A stretch of 64,000 nucleotides of DNA from assembly GCA_041946735.1 (NCBI GenBank), contig JBHGAY010000007.1, positions 100,504-164,503 of the forward strand, written 5' to 3'. The translations under genes and the position numbers were made by a program. The number at the start of each line of letters is the position of its first letter. Within the stretch, counting starts at the first letter, position 1. Below, piece by piece: positions 48,257 to 58,815 of the stretch. Under the pieces are notes generated by a model. It did not search any database, was not told where the DNA came from, and worked only from the letters and a program-made list of their open reading frames with translations. The stretch is from Candidatus Eiseniibacteriota bacterium (GTDB lineage: Bacteria > Eisenbacteria > RBG-16-71-46 > CAIMUX01 > VGJL01).

Positions 48257-49156
48257 ATGGAGGCTCTCTCGCTTCGCGACGTGACGAAGACCTTCCAGTC
48301 GACTCGCGCCGTCGATTCTCTCTCCCTTGCCATCCCGCAAGGGTCGGTCTTCGGACTGCTCGGACCCAACGGGTCGGGCAAGACGACCACCATCCGGATG
48401 GTCCTGAAGATCCTGCTTCCCGACTCGGGGAAAATCGAGGTCCTCGGCCATGAGCTGGACGACGAGGGGAAGCGGCGGATCGGCTATCTCCCCGAGGAGC
48501 GCGGGCTCTACAGGGGAATGCGTGTCGAGGAGCAACTCATCTTCCTCGGCCAGCTTCACGGGATGGCCGGTCCCCTCGCGCGCACGCGCGCGCTCGCCTG
48601 GCTGGAGAGGTTCGAGGCACGCGACTGGGTCGGACGCAAGGTCCAGGAGCTGTCCAAAGGGATGCAGCAGAAGGTGCAGTTCATCGGAACGATCCTGCAC
48701 GATCCCTCCCTCGTGATTCTCGACGAGCCTTTCTCGGGTCTCGACCCGGTCAATACCCGCCTCCTCAAGGAGGTGATGCTCGAGCTGCGGGATCGAGGCA
48801 CCACCGTGATCTTCTCGACGCATCAGATGGAGCAGGTCGAGCGGATGTGCGACCGGATCGCGCTCATCCACAAGGGGCGGCTCGTGCTGGAAGGTCCTCT
48901 CGCCCGGATCCGACGGGAGCACGGAGAGAAGACGGTGAAGATCGAGTACAGCGGGGATCTGACCGCCGAGGGCATCGGCGATCTCGTCGAATCGATTCGC
49001 GGCGAGGGGCAGTTCGCCGAGATCCGCATCAAGCGCGAGGACGCGGCCGGGGAACTGCTGCGGCGCCTCGTCGAACGCGTGGAGGTGCGGCGGTTCGAGC
49101 AGTCCGAGGCGTCGCTCGAGGAGATCTACGTCCGGCTGGTGGAGGGGGGACGATGA
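48257..49156 (+). CDS. ABC transporter ATP-binding protein (NatA/YhaQ-like)
   Basis: GPNGSGKTT, GYLPEERGLY, LSKGMQQKVQF, LDEPFSGLDP. Confidence 0.93.
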   Translation: MEALSLRDVTKTFQSTRAVDSLSLAIPQGSVFGLLGPNGSGKTTTIRMVLKILLPDSGKIEVLGHELDDEGKRRIGYLPEERGLYRGMRVEEQLIFLGQLHGMAGPLARTRALAWLERFEARDWVGRKVQELSKGMQQKVQFIGTILHDPSLVILDEPFSGLDPVNTRLLKEVMLELRDRGTTVIFSTHQMEQVERMCDRIALIHKGRLVLEGPLARIRREHGEKTVKIEYSGDLTAEGIGDLVESIRGEGQFAEIRIKREDAAGELLRRLVERVEVRRFEQSEASLEEIYVRLVEGGR

Positions 49157-50421
49157 GCGGGGCGACCACGATTTTCAAGCGCGAGTATCTCGACCGGGTG
49201 CGGAAGCGCTCTTTCCTGGCGAGCACGCTTCTCGTTCCGGTCTTCCTGATCGCGACATGGGCGCTGCCGATCTGGCTCGTCAACCGCGACAGCGGCAAGC
49301 CGGTCCGACTGCTCGTCGTCGACGAGACGCGCTTCCTTGGCCCGGCGCTGGAGTCCGCCCTGGCCGACACGCTCCCCACCGGACAGCCGCGGCATCAGCT
49401 CGAGTTCGTCCCGCCTCCCGCATCGCCCGAGGGCCGGGAGGAGATCCAGCGCGAGGCGGAGGCCCGCATCGTCACCGGGAACATCGACGGCTTGCTCTGG
49501 CTCGAGCCCGATCTGCTCGTGAACGGCCGCGCCCGTCTCTATGCCGCCTCGATGGGAGATCTGACGGAGCAGGAACGCCTGAAGGCGGCGGTGTCGCGAA
49601 GCATGATGATCCAGAAGCTGGAGGAGCGCGGAATCCCGGCCGCCGCGACCGACTCGATCACCCAGCGCGCGTCGATCAAGATCTTCAAGGTTTCCGAGAG
49701 GGGGACCCGCGAGGGGGGCTTCGAAAGCGACTTCGTGACCACGATCGGCTTCGGGATGCTGCTCTACTTCACGATCCTGCTCTACGGCGTTTCGGTGCAG
49801 CGGAGCGTGCTCGAAGACAAGAACACGAGGATCACCGAGATCCTGCTCTCCACGGCGCGGCCGTTTCAGATCATGCTCGGGAAGGTTCTCGGCATCGGCG
49901 CGGTCGGCCTCACTCAGTACGCCGTCTGGGCGGTGATCGCTCTCGCGGCCGCGACGTATCTTCGGACGACCTATCCGGCGATCGCAGAGGCGAGCCAGGT
50001 GCCGGCGGCGACGATCGTCTTTCTCGCCCTCTACTTCGTGCTCGGCTTTCTGCTCTACGCGGCGCTCTACGCCGCGATCGGCGCGATCGCGACGAGCGAG
50101 CAGGAGGCGCAGCAGATGCAGTGGCCCGTCACGATGCTCGTCGCGATGCCGATGCTGCTGATGATGGCGATCGTCCGGGATCCGGACTCGACGATGAGCA
50201 CGGTGCTCTCGCTGATCCCGTTCTTCACGCCGGTGCTGATGATCATGCGGCTCACGGCGCATCCGCCCGCGGCCTGGCAGCTCGGGCTGTCGGTCGTGCT
50301 GATGGCCGGCTCGGTCATCGGGATGACGTGGCTCGCCGCGCGCGTCTTCCGTGTCGGGATCCTCATGTACGGCAAGCGCCCGACGCTGCCGGAGCTCCTC
50401 CATTGGGTGCGCCAGGCCTGA
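49153..50421 (+). CDS. ABC-2 permease (NatB/YhaP-like)
   Basis: REYLDRVRKRSF, EDKNTRITEILLS, GKVLGIG, ILMYGKRP; ATGA overlap. Confidence 0.9.
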   Translation: MSGATTIFKREYLDRVRKRSFLASTLLVPVFLIATWALPIWLVNRDSGKPVRLLVVDETRFLGPALESALADTLPTGQPRHQLEFVPPPASPEGREEIQREAEARIVTGNIDGLLWLEPDLLVNGRARLYAASMGDLTEQERLKAAVSRSMMIQKLEERGIPAAATDSITQRASIKIFKVSERGTREGGFESDFVTTIGFGMLLYFTILLYGVSVQRSVLEDKNTRITEILLSTARPFQIMLGKVLGIGAVGLTQYAVWAVIALAAATYLRTTYPAIAEASQVPAATIVFLALYFVLGFLLYAALYAAIGAIATSEQEAQQMQWPVTMLVAMPMLLMMAIVRDPDSTMSTVLSLIPFFTPVLMIMRLTAHPPAAWQLGLSVVLMAGSVIGMTWLAARVFRVGILMYGKRPTLPELLHWVRQA

Positions 50422-51497
50422 GGCGGGGTAGCGGCGGCGGCCGTCCGGAATTCGGCGTCGTCGGCGTCGGGCGCTTCGGCCGGCTCGCCGCTGCCCTCCT
50501 CGCGCGGGCCGGGACCGTCGTCGCGTGCGACGCGCGAGCGATCCGGATCGAGGACGCACGGGCGGCCGGCTTCCAGGTGGGGACCCTTGCCGAGGTCGCG
50601 CGGGCGCGGACGGTCCTGCTCTGCGTCCCGATCCGGCGCCTTCGCGAGAGCGTTCGCGCGCTCGCGCCGCACCTGCTTCCCGGGACGCTCCTGGCCGACG
50701 TCGGCAGCGTCAAGATCGGCCCCTGCCGGACCCTCTTGGAGGAAGCTCCGCCGAGTGTCAGACTCCTGGGGACTCATCCGCTCTTCGGTCCCGACACGAT
50801 CGGCGCGGAGGCTTCCGGCCGGGGCGAAGAGGATGCGAGCGGGCGCCACGAGAGCGAAACGGGCGGCGGCGGCCGGGCGGCCGCGACAGCTGCAGGCTCG
50901 GTGGTTCTCTGTCCGCTGCGTGGAGTTCCGCTCCGGACGGTGCGGCGGTTCCTCGACCGGCTCGGTTTCGCCGCGATCGTGCGCACGCCGGAGGAGCATG
51001 ACCGGGACGTCGCGCTGACCCAGGCGCTGGTTCACTGGCTCGGCCGGACCCTCGCGCGGCTGCCGGTCGCGGAGCACGAGGTCGCCACGTCCGGCTACCG
51101 CAAGCTCCTGGAGATCGCGGGCTCGACGAGCCGCGACTCGTGGGAGCTGTTCGAGGATCTGACCCGCGAGAACCCGTTCGCCGCGAAGGTGCGCCGGCGG
51201 TTCCTCGAGGCATGGGCCGAGCTGGAGGAGGCTGCGATGGATGGACTCGAAGTGGTCTACCGGGCATCGGGGATGATCGAGGCGGAGATCGTCAAGGGCT
51301 ACCTCGACGCGCAGGGCATTCCGTCCGAACTGGAGTACGAAAGCGCGGGGAAGGTGTACGGCCTGACGATGGACGGCCTCGGAGAGGTGCGCGTCCGCGT
51401 GCCGGCCGACTTCGTCGAGGAGGCGAGGGAAGCGCTCGCCCGCCGTCCCCGCGACTTCGGATCGACGACCGACGTGCCCCCCACCCCTGCCGCCTGA
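50403..51497 (+). CDS. tyrA: Prephenate/arogenate dehydrogenase (TyrA) in frame with a DUF2007-like C-terminal domain
   Basis: GVVGVGRFG, DVGSVK, GTHPLFGP, EEHDRDVALTQAL; then MDGLEVVY...EAEIVKGYLDAQGIP. Start uncertain (TTG 50403); internal RBS and ATG at 51237. Confidence 0.75.
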   Translation: MGAPGLRRGSGGGRPEFGVVGVGRFGRLAAALLARAGTVVACDARAIRIEDARAAGFQVGTLAEVARARTVLLCVPIRRLRESVRALAPHLLPGTLLADVGSVKIGPCRTLLEEAPPSVRLLGTHPLFGPDTIGAEASGRGEEDASGRHESETGGGGRAAATAAGSVVLCPLRGVPLRTVRRFLDRLGFAAIVRTPEEHDRDVALTQALVHWLGRTLARLPVAEHEVATSGYRKLLEIAGSTSRDSWELFEDLTRENPFAAKVRRRFLEAWAELEEAAMDGLEVVYRASGMIEAEIVKGYLDAQGIPSELEYESAGKVYGLTMDGLGEVRVRVPADFVEEAREALARRPRDFGSTTDVPPTPAA

Positions 51498-51576
51498 TCG
51501 CATCCGAATCGGAGCGAGCGAACCGCCTCCCTGGCCGGCGGCCGCCCCTGCATCCCCCCGTCCGCTCCCGGCGTCG

Positions 51577-51616
51577 AAAACGCAGGCGCCCGCCTGACGA
51601 GGGCGGACGCCTGCGT
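51577..51616 (-). terminator. Rho-independent terminator of maeB
   Basis: CGCAGGCG-CCGCC stem-loop followed by TTTT on the minus strand. Confidence 0.7.
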
Positions 51617-51641
51617 GCTCTCTCCTCGCTCCGCGAGGCGA

Positions 51642-53909
51642 TCAGGACAGCGGGCCGCGCGCTCCCGATGCGCTCTCGGCCACCGCGATCGCGGTCGCGT
51701 GCACGATGTCCATGTCGTCGGACTGCGGCTGCAGCAGCTGGACCGGCTTCGACATTCCCATCAGGATCGGGCCGATCACCTCCGCGCCTCCGAGCCTTTG
51801 CAGCAGCTTGTAGGAGATGTTCGCCGAGTCGAGGTCGGGGAAGATCAGCACGTTGGGCTCCTTCCCCTTCAGCGGGCTGAACGGGAAGAGCCGGTTGATG
51901 ATGTCCCCCACGACCGCGGTGTCGGCCTGGATCTCCCCGTCGACGATCAGATCGGGCTCTTTCTCCTTCACGATCTCCAGCGCGCGGCGGATCCTGCGGG
52001 ACTGCTCGTCCTCCACGGTGCCGAAGTTCGAATAGGAGAGGAAGGCGATCCGGGGTTCGAAGCCGAACTCGCGCGCGAACTCGGCGGCGAGACGTGCGAT
52101 TTCCGCCAGCGTCTCGGCGCTCGGATCGATGTTCACCACCGGGTCGGCGAAGAAGAAGACCCGGTTGCGCAGCATCAGGACCTCCAGCCCGCTCACCCGC
52201 CGCACCCCTTCGCGCATTTGCACGACCTGCAGCGCCGGGCGGATCGTCTCGGAGTAACGGTGGGCGATGCCGGAGACCATGCCGTCGGCGTCTCCCATGT
52301 GGACCATCATCGCGGCGAACAGATCGGGATTCTTCATCGCCGTCCGCGCGCCGTCGTGCGTGATTCCCTTCCGGTGGCGGAGCTTGTAGTACTCCTCCAC
52401 GTAGGCGTCGAGGCGGTCGTCGTGCTCGATGTCGACGATCTGGGTGTTGCCCAGATCGAGCTCGAGCGCCCGGAACCGCTCGGAGATGATTGCCGGCCGG
52501 CCGACCAGGATCGGCTGCGCCAGCTTCTCCTCGCGGACGAGAGCGGTGGCCCGGATGATCCGGTCGTTCTCCCCCTCGGCGTAGACGATCCGCTTCGTCG
52601 TGCGCTTCGCGCGGTTGATGATCCCGCGCATCAGCTCCCGGCTACGGCCGAGGAACGTCTCGAGGTGGTAGCGGTACTCGTCGAGGTCGAGGCTCTTCTG
52701 CGCGACGCCCGTCTCCATCGCCGCCTTCGCGACGGCGCTCGCCTCCCAAAGCAGCACGCGGTAGTCGAACGGCTTGGGGATCAGGTACTCGCGGCCGAAG
52801 TGGAACACCTGATCCTGGTAGGCACGGGACACCTTGTCCGGAACGTCCTCCTTGGCGAGATCGGCCAGGGCGTGCGCGGCAGCTCGCTTCATCGCCTCGT
52901 TGATCGTCGTCGCCCGGCAGTCCAGCGCCCCCCGGAAGATGAACGGGAATCCGAGGACGTTGTTCACCTGATTCGGATAGTCGCTGCGGCCCGTCGCCAT
53001 GATCACGTCCTTGCGCGCGGCGACCGCCTCGGGATAGGTGATCTCCGGATTCGGGTTCGCCATCGCGAACACGACGGGATCCCTCGCCATCGTCTGCAGC
53101 CACTCCGGCTTCAGCAGGTTCGGTCCCGAGAGCCCGAGGAAGAGATCGGCGTCGACGAGGGCATCCTTCAGGGTGCGGCACTTCGTGTCGTTGGCGAACT
53201 CCGACTTGTACGGGTTCATCCCTTCCTGCCGTCCCTTGTAGATCACCCCCTTCGTGTCGCACATGAGGATGTGCTCGGGCTTCACTCCGAGAGAAACGTA
53301 GAACTTCGCGCAGGCGATCCCCGACGCCCCGGCCCCGCTCACGACGACACGGATCTTGCCGACGTCCTTGCCGGTGACCTCGCACGCGTTGAGCAGCGCG
53401 GCCCCCGAAATGATCGCCGTCCCGTGCTGATCGTCGTGGAAGACCGGAATTCCCATCGTCTTCTTCAGCGTCTCCTCGATGTAGAAGCACTCGGGCGCCT
53501 TGATGTCTTCGAGGTTGATCCCCCCGAAGGTCGGCTCGAGGAGCTGGCAGACCTTGATCACCTCGTCGGCGTTCTCGGTCGCGACCTCGATGTCGAAGAC
53601 GTCGATGTCGGCGAAGCGCTTGAAGAGGACCCCCTTCCCCTCCATGACCGGCTTGCCGGCGAGAGCGCCGATGTTGCCGAGTCCCAGGACCGCCGTCCCG
53701 TTGGAGACGACTGCGACGAGATTGCCCCGGGCCGTGTAGCGGTAGACATCCTCGGGGTTCTTCGCGATCTCCAGGCAGGGATCGGCGACTCCCGGCGTGT
53801 AGGCGAGCGATAGGTCTCGCGCGGTGGCGCACGGCTTCGTCGAGACCACCTCGATCTTTCCGGGGCGACCCGTCGAGTGGTACTGCAGGGCATCCTCTTT
53901 CAGGCTCAT
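51642..53909 (-). CDS. maeB: NADP-dependent malic enzyme with phosphotransacetylase-like domain
   Basis: [48 protein letters not shown]-terminal PTA domain. Confidence 0.97.
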   Translation of the reverse strand: MSLKEDALQYHSTGRPGKIEVVSTKPCATARDLSLAYTPGVADPCLEIAKNPEDVYRYTARGNLVAVVSNGTAVLGLGNIGALAGKPVMEGKGVLFKRFADIDVFDIEVATENADEVIKVCQLLEPTFGGINLEDIKAPECFYIEETLKKTMGIPVFHDDQHGTAIISGAALLNACEVTGKDVGKIRVVVSGAGASGIACAKFYVSLGVKPEHILMCDTKGVIYKGRQEGMNPYKSEFANDTKCRTLKDALVDADLFLGLSGPNLLKPEWLQTMARDPVVFAMANPNPEITYPEAVAARKDVIMATGRSDYPNQVNNVLGFPFIFRGALDCRATTINEAMKRAAAHALADLAKEDVPDKVSRAYQDQVFHFGREYLIPKPFDYRVLLWEASAVAKAAMETGVAQKSLDLDEYRYHLETFLGRSRELMRGIINRAKRTTKRIVYAEGENDRIIRATALVREEKLAQPILVGRPAIISERFRALELDLGNTQIVDIEHDDRLDAYVEEYYKLRHRKGITHDGARTAMKNPDLFAAMMVHMGDADGMVSGIAHRYSETIRPALQVVQMREGVRRVSGLEVLMLRNRVFFFADPVVNIDPSAETLAEIARLAAEFAREFGFEPRIAFLSYSNFGTVEDEQSRRIRRALEIVKEKEPDLIVDGEIQADTAVVGDIINRLFPFSPLKGKEPNVLIFPDLDSANISYKLLQRLGGAEVIGPILMGMSKPVQLLQPQSDDMDIVHATAIAVAESASGARGPLS

Positions 53910-54464
53910 CGGTCGGATCCTCCTTCGGAGGGACGATGCGGAGTCCGAAGCGCGAGGCTACGCAACGGTCGCTCGCGCTCCTTCGGGGTCTCCATGGCTG
54001 GACTGTCGAGTCGGAAGGCGAACCGGAAGGCGAATCGGGAATCAGCGAGGTCGAGTCGGAAGCGGCGGTCGAGACAGATGCCCGCCGTAGCGCCGGAAGC
54101 GGGAAATGCGTTGATCCGCTCGGCGGCGGATGAAGTCGTGCTCGAAGCACGGCGACCGGCGGCCGGAGGCCCAACCACGCACCACTCTCCCTTCCCCAGG
54201 ATCGCGCGCCGCGATCCATCCCTCACGCGGATTTGTATAGCACTTGTGCGGCCGGCTGGCAAGCGCACGCCCGTGCCGCGCCTCCCCGTACCTCGCACGC
54301 CGGTGCCGTGGGCCTGCGTCGCGGGCGGGATGGCCGCCGGAGCTCGCCGTCCGGCTCGCAGAAGCTGGCCTGCCATGCCTTCCCGGCGGGATATACTCGG
54401 CCGAACGCCGCCGCCGCGCGATGCGGCCGGCGCGAATCCCCGGATCCCACCGAGAAGGAGAGTC

Positions 54465-55508
54465 ATGAAGATCGACGAGATCTTGCGCGCCCTGCGCCAG
54501 GTGCGTTTGCCTGGACAGCAGCGGGACATCGTATCGCTCGGCTACTTGAAGGACATCCGCGAGGAGGGAGGACGCGCGCAGATCGTGATCGACCTGACGA
54601 CCGATGTCCCGCAGGCGGGAGAGGAGATGGAGCGATCGGCCCGGGCGGCGCTCGACCCCCTCGGACTTCCCTACGACCTGAAGCTGACGGTGCGGGCGGC
54701 TCCCCCGCCGCAGGCGGGTGGCGCGCAGGCGATGGCGACGCAGGGCCTGCTGACGCAGATCCCGTGGAAGATCGCCGTGGCCAGCGGGAAAGGAGGGGTC
54801 GGGAAGTCGACCGTCGCGGTGAACCTCGCGCTCGCCCTCGCGCGGTTGCGCGGGCGGGTCGGGCTTCTCGACTGCGACGTCTATGGCCCCAGCATCCCGC
54901 TCATGATGGGGATGGAAAGCGAGCAGCCGCTCGTCCGCGACGACAAGCTGATTCCGCTCTCCCGCTACGACGTCCGGTCGATCTCGATCGGCTACCTCAT
55001 CGACCGCAACACGCCGGTCGTCTGGCGCGGCCCGATGGTGGGCAAGGCGCTCGATCAGCTCATGACCGACGTCGACTGGAGCGGCACCGACATCCTGGTC
55101 ATGGACCTTCCCCCGGGAACGGGGGACATCCAGATCTCGCTGGCCCAGAAGGTCGCGATCTCCGGAGCGGTGATCGTGACGACCCCGCAGGACGTCGCGC
55201 TCGTCGACGCGGGCAAGGGGGTCGCGATGTTCGAGAAAGTGAAGGTGCCGATCCTCGGGATGATCGAGAACATGTCGTCCTTCCGATGTCCGCACTGCGG
55301 CGAGGTCACGGAGATCTTCCGCTCCGGAGGAGGGCGCCGCGAGTCCGAGCGCCTGGGGATTCCGCTGCTCGGAGAGATCCCGATCGATCCGAGAATCGCG
55401 ACGGGCGGAGACCTCGGAGAGCCGATCGTCGCGCAGGCGCCCGACTCTCCGGCCGGTCGCGCCTTCCTCGAAGCCGCGCGCGCCGTGCTGGCGCAGCTCG
55501 GCGCGTAG
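54465..55508 (+). CDS. mrp: Mrp/NBP35 (ApbC) Fe-S carrier ATPase
   Basis: SGKGGVGKST, WRGPM, DLPPGTGD, ENMSSFRCPHCG; RBS AAGGAG. Confidence 0.95.
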   Translation: MKIDEILRALRQVRLPGQQRDIVSLGYLKDIREEGGRAQIVIDLTTDVPQAGEEMERSARAALDPLGLPYDLKLTVRAAPPPQAGGAQAMATQGLLTQIPWKIAVASGKGGVGKSTVAVNLALALARLRGRVGLLDCDVYGPSIPLMMGMESEQPLVRDDKLIPLSRYDVRSISIGYLIDRNTPVVWRGPMVGKALDQLMTDVDWSGTDILVMDLPPGTGDIQISLAQKVAISGAVIVTTPQDVALVDAGKGVAMFEKVKVPILGMIENMSSFRCPHCGEVTEIFRSGGGRRESERLGIPLLGEIPIDPRIATGGDLGEPIVAQAPDSPAGRAFLEAARAVLAQLGA

Positions 55509-55525
55509 CAGGGCGGAGCGAAGCC

Positions 55526-56223
55526 GTGGACGACACGACCCGAGGACTTCCCGGCGTCCTCGACCTGCGGGACCTCGAGCCGCCCTTGCGCTGGGAGGGG
55601 CTTTTCGCCGTCCCGGTCGAGGGAGTCGAGATCGAGATCGGCTCGGGCAAGGGGATGTTCCTGAAGCGCGCGTCGGCCGAGCGACCAGGGACCGGCTTCC
55701 TAGGGGTGGAGCGGGCAGCGAAATGGTTCGCGCTCGGCGCCGCCCGGCTCGCGAAGGAGCCGCGGCCGAACCTCCGCGTCGTGCAGGCCGACGCGTTCGA
55801 CCTCCTCGTTCGCTGGGTCCCGCCGGGCTCCGTGCGCGCCGTTCACGTCTACTTCCCCGATCCTTGGCCGAAGAAACGGCACGCGAAGCGGCGGCTCCTC
55901 GTTCCCGCACTCTTCGACCTCGCCGCGCGCGCGCTCGTCGAAGGCGGATGGTTCCAGATGGCGACGGACGTGGCGCCCTACTTCGAGGAGGCCCGGGAGG
56001 CTCTGCGGGCGCACCCTTCGTTCGCGCGAGCGGAGATTCCCGAGGCCGAGCGAGATCGTGCGGCCACGCACTACGCGGTCAAGTACGCGCGCGAAGGGCG
56101 GAGCTTGCACCTCGCGCGCTTCGTCAGGAACTCGGCTCCTCCGCCGCCGGTGCCACCTCCCCCGTCGCGGCCGCGGAGGAGCGCCAGTAGCGCCCTTCTC
56201 CCGATCCAGCAGGCGGGCCATGA
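55526..56223 (+). CDS. trmB: tRNA (guanine-N7)-methyltransferase; 3' end affected by an apparent frameshift (as assembled it reads through to 56659)
   Basis: EIGSGKG, LGVE, YFPDPWPKKRHAKRRL, ATDVAPY. Confidence 0.88.
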
Positions 56224-56626
56224 CCAGCTCGCGGCGGAGCGTGCAGAAGTCCGGGTGGAATGCGGTCAGGATCTCGTTCACCTCGGCTTCGGTGTAGCGC
56301 CTGTCGGGACGGAACGACTCGGCGAGGATGCGGAGGACCACCGCCCGCTTGGACCTCTGTGCGGGGATCCTCTTCAGCCGGCCGTCCTCGAAGAAGCGCC
56401 GCCGGATTGCCTCCTCGGCGCTCTCGACCGGATCGACGCGCCGGTTGGAGCAGCGCGCGAGCCAGGCCTTGAGCTCCGACTCCTCGATGCGCCAGTCCTT
56501 CCCGATCTTGTAGGCCGGGATCTCCCCCGCAAGCAGCTTTCGCACCAGGACCTGCTGGTTGAGCTTCAGCAGCGACGCCACCTCGGCAGCCGTCAGGAAC
56601 TTCATCTCTCTCAACGGAGTATTCAT
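56124..56626 (-). CDS. Excisionase-type HTH plus DUF2087 protein, apparent frameshift near 56190
   Basis: LTAAEVASLLKL...GEIPAYKIGKDWRI; IPAQRSKR...YTEAEVN...HPDFCTLRRELV; the expected YWR tail lies in the neighbouring frame. Confidence 0.8.
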
Positions 56627-56821
56627 ACTTCTTGCCTCCTCTGGCGGAGTCTATCGTAGGTTTCAGTAGGCACAAGGATTTTCTGAGGGCAACACGGCGA
56701 CCCCTCCGGGCTGAGGAGCGGCGGGCCGGAGAGGCACCGGGGGGCGAGCCGAGGGGGGACTGGGGCGGCGGGCCCGGACGGGACCAGCGAGCGTGGTAGA
56801 CTCGCCCGCCAGGAGGAAGCG

Positions 56822-57997
56822 ATGACGCATCGGATCCGCTGGCACGACTATTTCATGCAGATCGCTCGCGTGGTCGCTTCGCGCTCGACGTGCGATCGCA
56901 AGCACGTGGGAGCCGTGATCGTCCGGGACCGAACGATCCTGTCGACCGGCTACAACGGGTCGATTCGTGGCATGCCCCACTGCGACGAGATCGGGCACAT
57001 GATGGAGGGCGACCACTGCGTCGCGACGATCCACGCGGAGACCAACGCCGTGCTCCAGGCCGCGAAGAACGGCGTCCGGATCGAGGGGGCGGAGGTGTAC
57101 TCGACCGCGAGCCCCTGCTGGAACTGCTTCAAGATGCTCGCCAATGCGGGGGTGCGAACGATCTACTATGGCGAGTTCTACCGGGACGAGAGGATCTTCC
57201 GCCACGCGGAGCTGGCGGGCATCCGGCTCGTCGACCTGAGCGGGACGACTCCCCTCCCCGACGAGGGGGAGGACGAGGACCCTTCAGCGAACGCGACCGA
57301 CGGCCGAAGCATGTACAGCGGGCCCCGGGATGGACCCCGGCTCGCGAAGGAGGTTCGTGTGACCGATCCGATCCGCCCATTCCGATTCGAAGAGGACGAC
57401 GAGGACGAGCAGGAGCAGAAGCCGCAGGGCGGCCGGGATGAGGACGCGAAGATCCTCGAGAAGCTGCTGCGGACCCGGACGATCCTGATCTCCGAGGACG
57501 TGTCGTCGGAGTTGGCCAAGCGGGTCTATCAGAACCTGCTGCTGCTGGAGTCGGAGGACTCGGAGAAGCCGATCACGGTCATCATCAACTCCCCGGGTGG
57601 AGAAGCGGATTCGGGCTTCGGCATCTACGACATGCTGCGCTTCGTGCGTCCGCCGATCCGCACGATCGTGGCCGGCCTGTGCGCCAGCGCGGCGGTCCTC
57701 ATCTTCATCGCTGCGGAGAAGGGGAGCCGGTTCTCCCTCCCCCATTCGCGCTTCCTGCTCCACCAGCCGTCGTCGGCTTCCTTCGGGCAGGCTTCCGATC
57801 TCGAGATCGCGGCGAACGAGATCATCCGGCTGCGCGACCGCTACAACCACCTCATCAGCGATGCGACCGGCAAGCCGGTCGACCAGGTGGCTCACGACGC
57901 CGATCGCGATTTCTGGATGGGCGCAGCGCAGGCGAAGGAGTACGGACTCGTCGACGAGGTGACGGTGCGGCGGGCGGAGACCGACCCCAAGGCCTGA
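56822..57997 (+). CDS. clpP: dCMP deaminase (ComEB-like) in frame with ClpP protease subunit
   Basis: RSTC, TGYNG, HAETNA, PCWNC; then INSPGG, GLCASAA, LHQP, DRDFWM, EYGLVD. Internal RBS AAGGAGG and GTG at 57359. Confidence 0.85.
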   Translation: MTHRIRWHDYFMQIARVVASRSTCDRKHVGAVIVRDRTILSTGYNGSIRGMPHCDEIGHMMEGDHCVATIHAETNAVLQAAKNGVRIEGAEVYSTASPCWNCFKMLANAGVRTIYYGEFYRDERIFRHAELAGIRLVDLSGTTPLPDEGEDEDPSANATDGRSMYSGPRDGPRLAKEVRVTDPIRPFRFEEDDEDEQEQKPQGGRDEDAKILEKLLRTRTILISEDVSSELAKRVYQNLLLLESEDSEKPITVIINSPGGEADSGFGIYDMLRFVRPPIRTIVAGLCASAAVLIFIAAEKGSRFSLPHSRFLLHQPSSASFGQASDLEIAANEIIRLRDRYNHLISDATGKPVDQVAHDADRDFWMGAAQAKEYGLVDEVTVRRAETDPKA

Positions 57998-58044
57998 GCG
58001 GACACGACACCGACATCGGACCGCGACTCGGCGGCGACAAGAGA

Positions 58045-58075
58045 AAGCCCGCGCTCCAAGAAGGGGCGCGGGCTT
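58045..58075. terminator. Probable bidirectional terminator (clpP and the original tRNA 3' side)
   Basis: AAGCCCGCGCTCC-aagaa-GGGGCGCGGGCTT. Confidence 0.7.
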
Positions 58076-58136
58076 CTGGATTTCTGGCGATCCTCACCGC
58101 AGCGGCTCAGCGGCGGCCGCGGCGGGCGTCAAACCT

Positions 58137-58183
58137 TGGAGCTGATCGGGATCGAACCGACGACCTCATGACTGCCAGTCATG
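58137..58183 (-). tRNA. 3' fragment of tRNA-Ala(GGC) = attachment site (not an intact gene)
   Basis: Minus strand CATGA-CT-GGC-AG-TCATG anticodon arm, GTCGG-TTCGATC-CCGAT T-arm, CAGCTCC-A acceptor strand; D-arm and 5' acceptor strand absent. Confidence 0.9.
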
Positions 58184-58313
58184 TTTCTAATACATTCAGG
58201 ACGCTCCACAAGCCGCCACCAACCGCCCGAAAACAATCCTCTTGACCGCTGTTTATGCGGGTCCGATGATCCACTAGGTTTCATGAGGTTTCGGGAGCAG
58301 TACATATCGAGAT

Positions 58314-58334
58314 GCTAGCCACGCGCTAGCCACG
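58314..58334. repeat. Tandem 10-bp direct repeat GCTAGCCACG (candidate integrase arm-type sites)
   Basis: Two copies at 11-bp period, about 130 bp inside the att core. Confidence 0.65.
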
Positions 58335-58450
58335 GACCTCATGACAAACGTCATGCGGTCAGGCCCGAAACCAAAAAGAGGTCGACCGAGCAGGAGCGAC
58401 CCCGCCCGGCCGACCGAGGCGACCGAACCTGTCTAGGAGGATCAGTCACC

Positions 58451-58750
58451 ATGCCGAGAATCGTGAAGGGTTCGACCCGCGACCGCAAGCCCGCTCTGAA
58501 GCTCACCACCTGGCGCCCCCCTACCGTCTCGCAGCTCGAGGAGGCGATCGGCTCCGAGATGCAGACCGTCTCGATCCCCCGGGCCGTGTACGAGTACGCG
58601 CAAGCGGCGGCGACCCTGGACCACCAGCCCGTCGACGAGTGGATCTGGCAGACCGTTCTCATCGTCTCATCCGGCCGCCTCTCGGATGCGTCCGGGGAGG
58701 CTGACCAGCTCGGCAAAAAGATCGACGCGTTCTACGAGGCGAAGCGATGA
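58451..58750 (+). CDS. Hypothetical protein
   Basis: RBS AGGAGG, ATG, 99 aa, coding-like codon use. Confidence 0.65.
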   Translation: MPRIVKGSTRDRKPALKLTTWRPPTVSQLEEAIGSEMQTVSIPRAVYEYAQAAATLDHQPVDEWIWQTVLIVSSGRLSDASGEADQLGKKIDAFYEAKR

Positions 58751-58815
58751 CAACCCCTGACGCACGTCCCGCGCATGCTCACGCCGGGGCGATCGGCCCC
58801 GAGAAGGAGGAGACG

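Noticed and set aside
54007..54065. Imperfect 12-bp repeats in the maeB leader
   Set aside because: Degenerate, low-complexity, with no recognisable function
58137..58215. Intact tRNA-Ala gene
   Set aside because: D-arm and 5' acceptor strand are missing; the sequence turns AT-rich immediately past the anticodon stem
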